DNA of 64,000 nucleotides from Oligoflexales bacterium (GTDB lineage Bacteria; Bdellovibrionota_B; Oligoflexia; Oligoflexales; Bog-1112): NCBI GenBank assembly GCA_045106415.1, contig JBGCEP010000025.1, positions 1 to 64,000 of the forward strand, read 5' to 3'. Shown piece by piece: positions 59,976 to 64,000 of this stretch (position 1 is its first letter; each line of letters starts with the position of its first letter). The notes under the pieces were generated by a model. It saw only the letters and a program-made list of their open reading frames with translations, ran no database searches and was not told where the DNA came from. The position numbers and the translations under genes were made by a program.

Positions 59976-62051
59976 TTGGCTGTGACACTCTCACACTCAG
60001 GCACCATGAGGCAAAACACTTTGGATCTCACCGAAAATACAGAGCTACCATTCTTCACCGAGACTTCAACCTCAAAAACATTCTCTAAGCCTGAGTTAAA
60101 TAAGGCTCTCGAACGTTACTTTGGGCATAAAGATTTCCGACCTCATCAACAGGAAGTCTGCCTTGCTGGTGCAAATGGCAGCGATCTTCTTGTTGTCATG
60201 CCCACAGGGGCTGGGAAGTCTCTATGTTATCAACTCCCAGGCCTGATGCGCCAGGGCACAACACTTGTGATCAGCCCTCTCATTGCACTAATGGAAGATC
60301 AGTGTCTTCAACTCAAACAGCGTCAATTCAGAGCAGAACGAATACATTCAGGTCGCTCTCGAGAAGAATCACGACAAGTCTGTATTGCATACCTTAAAGG
60401 TGAACTCGACTTTTTATTTATTGCCCCTGAGAGAATCGGTGTTCCTGGTTTTATCGATTTTTTACTCAAAAGATCACCCTCACTGATCGCAGTCGACGAA
60501 GCTCACTGTATCTCTCAATGGGGTCATGACTTTAGGCCAGACTACCGACTCCTTCATCAAAGACTACTCCCTTTACGCCCATGCCCGATTATTGCTCTCA
60601 CAGCGACCGCAACACCAGAGGTGCAAGACGACATCGCCCTGCAACTTGGCCTTAAAGATCAAAGATTCATTTGTGGTTTTCGCCGCACGAATATTGCTAT
60701 TGAAGCTGTCGATGTTCTTCCTTCGGCACGCATACAAACCGTCCAACACTGTTTACAGGAAGAAGGACGTTTACCTGCTATTCTTTATGCACCAACTCGC
60801 AAACTCACAGAAGAATACGCAAAACAGCTTAAAAACTGGAATGCTGAAGCATACCATGCAGGCATGCCAGCAGCACAACGCCAAGATATTCAAGAACGTT
60901 TTATTGCTGGCGAAGTCGACATCATTGTCGCAACGATTGCCTTTGGAATGGGTATCGACAAATCAAACATCCGAACAGTGTTCCATATGTCTCTGCCAGG
61001 AACCATCGAGGGATATTATCAAGAAATAGGTCGCGCTGGACGAGATGGTAAGCCTTCACGAGCCATTTTGCTTCATTCTTACTCTGATCGTAAAACCCTC
61101 GAATATTTTTTAAACCGCAATTACCCTGATATTCAAGACCTCAAGGAGACTCTCAAACATATTCCTGCTGATGGGATTATGGCTGAAGACTTAGAGGTTA
61201 CAGCAGAACAAAGTGAACACCTCCAAAGACTCCAACACCTTGGAGGAATCGTCTTTGATGGCCACTTCTATCAAAGAGGTGAAGATTGGGAAGTAGGATA
61301 TGCTCGCCAAAAACACCATCGCCAAGATCAAATCGAAAAAGTGTGGTCCTGGACTAAAAAATCACAATGCCGCATGTCTGGACTCGTCAATCATTTTGGG
61401 GATACATCAGACTCTGGAGAAAACTGTAAAACTTGTGATTATTGCCAACCACACAGCACAAGTACTGCAAAAAACATTCAATTCACCGATATAGATATCA
61501 ATCACATGAGACTCATTATAACCGTCTTAGACGATGGCCCAAAAGCCACAGGACGGCTGCATAAAGACGTCAGTCTGCTCACGAAAATATCTCGCTCACG
61601 CTTTGAAGACCTGATTAATGAAATGAAAAAACAGAATTTTATTGAAACAAACGACAGAACATTTACACGAGATGAAAGAGAGATTCACTACAAACAAGCT
61701 GAACTCACTCGTAAGGGTAAAAAAACAACGCGATCGTCATTAAAAAGTCTCTATTCCCTCGATCAAGAGAACGGCTCCTCCACAATAGAGAAAACCATTC
61801 TAAGAAAAGGTGCTTCAAAAGAGATTGATTCCACTGACGATATGATTGAAAAACTCAAAAAATGGGCAAAACAAGAAGCTGATGAAAAAAACATCCCGAT
61901 TTTTATGGTACTCACTCGTAAAAGCATGGAACAACTCGTTTTAAAAAAACCTCGCAATACAGAACAACTCGAACACATCTGTGGCATTGGGCCCACACGA
62001 GCAAATCGCTATGGTTCTCAAATCTTACAAATATTAAATTGCCCTCTTTAA
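59976..62051 (+). CDS. recQ: RecQ-family DNA helicase with HRDC domain
   Basis: MPTGAGKSLCYQ, VDEAHCISQWGHDFRPDY, QEIGRAGRDG, Zn-binding Cys, HRDC. Confidence 0.95.
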   Translation: MAVTLSHSGTMRQNTLDLTENTELPFFTETSTSKTFSKPELNKALERYFGHKDFRPHQQEVCLAGANGSDLLVVMPTGAGKSLCYQLPGLMRQGTTLVISPLIALMEDQCLQLKQRQFRAERIHSGRSREESRQVCIAYLKGELDFLFIAPERIGVPGFIDFLLKRSPSLIAVDEAHCISQWGHDFRPDYRLLHQRLLPLRPCPIIALTATATPEVQDDIALQLGLKDQRFICGFRRTNIAIEAVDVLPSARIQTVQHCLQEEGRLPAILYAPTRKLTEEYAKQLKNWNAEAYHAGMPAAQRQDIQERFIAGEVDIIVATIAFGMGIDKSNIRTVFHMSLPGTIEGYYQEIGRAGRDGKPSRAILLHSYSDRKTLEYFLNRNYPDIQDLKETLKHIPADGIMAEDLEVTAEQSEHLQRLQHLGGIVFDGHFYQRGEDWEVGYARQKHHRQDQIEKVWSWTKKSQCRMSGLVNHFGDTSDSGENCKTCDYCQPHSTSTAKNIQFTDIDINHMRLIITVLDDGPKATGRLHKDVSLLTKISRSRFEDLINEMKKQNFIETNDRTFTRDEREIHYKQAELTRKGKKTTRSSLKSLYSLDQENGSSTIEKTILRKGASKEIDSTDDMIEKLKKWAKQEADEKNIPIFMVLTRKSMEQLVLKKPRNTEQLEHICGIGPTRANRYGSQILQILNCPL

Positions 62052-62189
62052 GTTAAAGTGGAAGTTAGGAAACCACCTCCTGATTCAGGTAAAACTGAAT
62101 ATTAACAATTACTTATATAAAAAACCTCAATTTCTCTCTCTCTGCCCCCGAACAACATTCTGAATACCTGCACCAAAAAGGATTTTATT

Positions 62190-63134
62190 ATGTTTCAACT
62201 CCCTTTTACTGTTAAAAAATCTGTGGTCATACACGCAACTCCACAAAAAATTTTTGAAACATTAATGGATTTTTCCACATGGGGTTTTTGGTCTCCATGG
62301 ATTTGCCAAGAACCTGAATGCCCAGTAGAAATACATGGAAAACCAGGAAGCTTAGGACACTCACAAACTTGGAACGGCCAAAGAATTGGTTCAGGCAATA
62401 TGACTCTTATCCAAATAGAGAAAAACACCTCACTGGAATACGACCTCAATTTTCTGTCCCCATGGAAAAGTCACAGTTTCACAAATTTTTTCATCGAGGA
62501 AACCAACGAAGGATCTATAGTGACTTGGTCGATGAAAGGGAGTCTTCCTATTTTTCTTTTTTTCTTAAAAAAAATGATGTCTGCCTGGGTTGGAAGCGAT
62601 TATAGTCGAGGGCTCTCTATGTTAAAAGACTTTATTGAACACGGAAAAGTTCACAGCAAAACAAGTCTCCATGGTCTGTCTCTAAAAAACGGTTTTGAAG
62701 GTTATGGTTTCAGAAGAAAGTGCTCTTTCTCAGACCTTGGTCCTCTTATGAGTCAAGATTTTCAAGATCTTCAAAAGAAAATTCAAAACTCTGAACTTCC
62801 TAAACCTGATACATTTTTCTCTGTATACCATACCTATGATTTCATAACAGAAATCTGTGACTATACTGCAGCAGTAGGTTACACAAATAAGCTGGAATCC
62901 CACCCTGCAGATTTAGAGTGTATTTCTTACCCTAGCCACCAAACTCTCAGTGCAACACATATTGGAGAATATAAACATTTAGGAAACCTCTGGAGTACAG
63001 TAATAGGGGCTCAAAGATCTCAAAAGCTAAAAAAAGCACGTTCACAAAATATGTATGAGATTTATCTCAATATGCCTGGCGATGTCCCTAATGAAGAACT
63101 TCTAGTCCAAGCTCACCTCCCTTTGAAGCCATAG
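62190..63134 (+). CDS. SRPBCC (START-like) plus GyrI-like small-molecule-binding protein
   Basis: WGFWSPW, GSGNM, DYSRGLSMLK; HIGEYKHL, YEIYLN. Confidence 0.85.
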   Translation: MFQLPFTVKKSVVIHATPQKIFETLMDFSTWGFWSPWICQEPECPVEIHGKPGSLGHSQTWNGQRIGSGNMTLIQIEKNTSLEYDLNFLSPWKSHSFTNFFIEETNEGSIVTWSMKGSLPIFLFFLKKMMSAWVGSDYSRGLSMLKDFIEHGKVHSKTSLHGLSLKNGFEGYGFRRKCSFSDLGPLMSQDFQDLQKKIQNSELPKPDTFFSVYHTYDFITEICDYTAAVGYTNKLESHPADLECISYPSHQTLSATHIGEYKHLGNLWSTVIGAQRSQKLKKARSQNMYEIYLNMPGDVPNEELLVQAHLPLKP

Positions 63135-63170
63135 AGTGCTTCTCAGAAGAGAAGCTAAACTCTATAAACC

Positions 63171-63527
63171 TTAATGGGAAGAGCGAGCTTTCTCACCCTC
63201 TTGGAGAAGAGCTTCAAGCCGCTCTCTCATTGTTGGGTCTTCTAAAGCTGTTTGGACTCTATACTCCAAAGGTGTCATTTCCTTCAATTTCTCAGCCCAC
63301 CACTCCTCAGGTACTGCTTCAAGAGCCTCTAAGATCAACTCTGGTAAATCGACATCTTTAATATGACGACGCTTTAACTCACATAAAAATCGACCTAAAC
63401 CACTCTGATCATCCTCATAAAGCTCTAGGCGCATTTTAGTTGGTTTCACACGCCTTGCTACGAAAGAGTTTTCTTCTACAATCTCAGAATTATTTTCCAC
63501 TTCAGACATCATAAGATGACTCCCCAT
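63171..63527 (-). CDS. Hypothetical protein
   Basis: 118 aa ORF with no recognised motif. Confidence 0.6.
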   Translation of the reverse strand: MGSHLMMSEVENNSEIVEENSFVARRVKPTKMRLELYEDDQSGLGRFLCELKRRHIKDVDLPELILEALEAVPEEWWAEKLKEMTPLEYRVQTALEDPTMRERLEALLQEGEKARSSH

Positions 63528-63769
63528 ATCATTTCTTAAAAAACTTAGCGACCAAATGCAGCTTGGTACAGTCTAAAAAATCTGATTATTTTTGCAAGTT
63601 GTATTCAAAAAAATAAAAAGAAAGATCTTTATAAAAAACTAAACAAACGATCATAAATCTTAGATAGATAAATTAAGCAAGCTACACATTATTTGACCTT
63701 TATTCAAATAATGGATATGTATGTAGAAATGAATATTACAAGAGAATTATGCCACGCTGGAGGTGAGAT

Positions 63770-64000
63770 TTGCGTTATTATCGCTATGCTCTTTTTATGG
63801 TTACATATCTCTATTCCTCGCTGTTATATGGAGTTCATTTTAATATTCCAAAAACATTTATAGAATCACATAAACAGTATATTCACACAGCTGTCGTGAT
63901 ATCAGCACAAGATCACAACGGTCTCCATCAAGTAGGTTCGAACTCATCTTTAGCCAGTGGAGTTAATCACCGACTTTCTTTTCAAATCGAAAATAAGTTT
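63770..64000 (+). CDS. Partial secreted hypothetical protein (runs off window end)
   Basis: GGAGG RBS before TTG; open frame MRYYRYALFMVTYLYSSLLYG... to the end of the window. Confidence 0.6.
   Translation, partial: MRYYRYALFMVTYLYSSLLYGVHFNIPKTFIESHKQYIHTAVVISAQDHNGLHQVGSNSSLASGVNHRLSFQIENKF

Noticed and set aside
1..64000. CRISPR array, rRNA or tRNA genes
   Set aside because: No regularly spaced repeats or recognisable structural RNA sequences were seen; intergenic regions are short

Overview
AT-rich bacterial chromosomal window. The gene mix (class I LysRS, late mevalonate genes, DUF3015/DUF4105 pair, vWA lipoprotein, many sigma-28-like promoters) suggests a Bdellovibrionota/Oligoflexia-like organism; this is an inference. 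Housekeeping and metabolic genes include uxs-ugd, bioB-bioF, phoA, hemH, an acetamidino-sugar hisH/hisF/amidotransferase cassette, hppD-hmgA, fni-kinase-mvaD-ispA, lysK and recQ. Interspersed among them are exported proteins with eukaryote-type activities: two RING-H2 proteins, two divergent Cx5R phosphatases, a VPS9-like protein and an ADP-ribosyltransferase-like lipoprotein. Three lipoproteins share parts of an N-terminal leader (two share QxYP-x5-A-x2-DG-x8-DxI, all three an LxL motif) fused to unrelated C-termini, and two of them sit behind FliA-type promoters. This is a candidate undescribed polymorphic effector system. A 5.16-kb IS5-bounded block (34641-39796) with nested IS remnants lies exactly between two convergent stop codons, and the strand G/C bias flips there. 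No rRNA, tRNA or CRISPR array was recognised.
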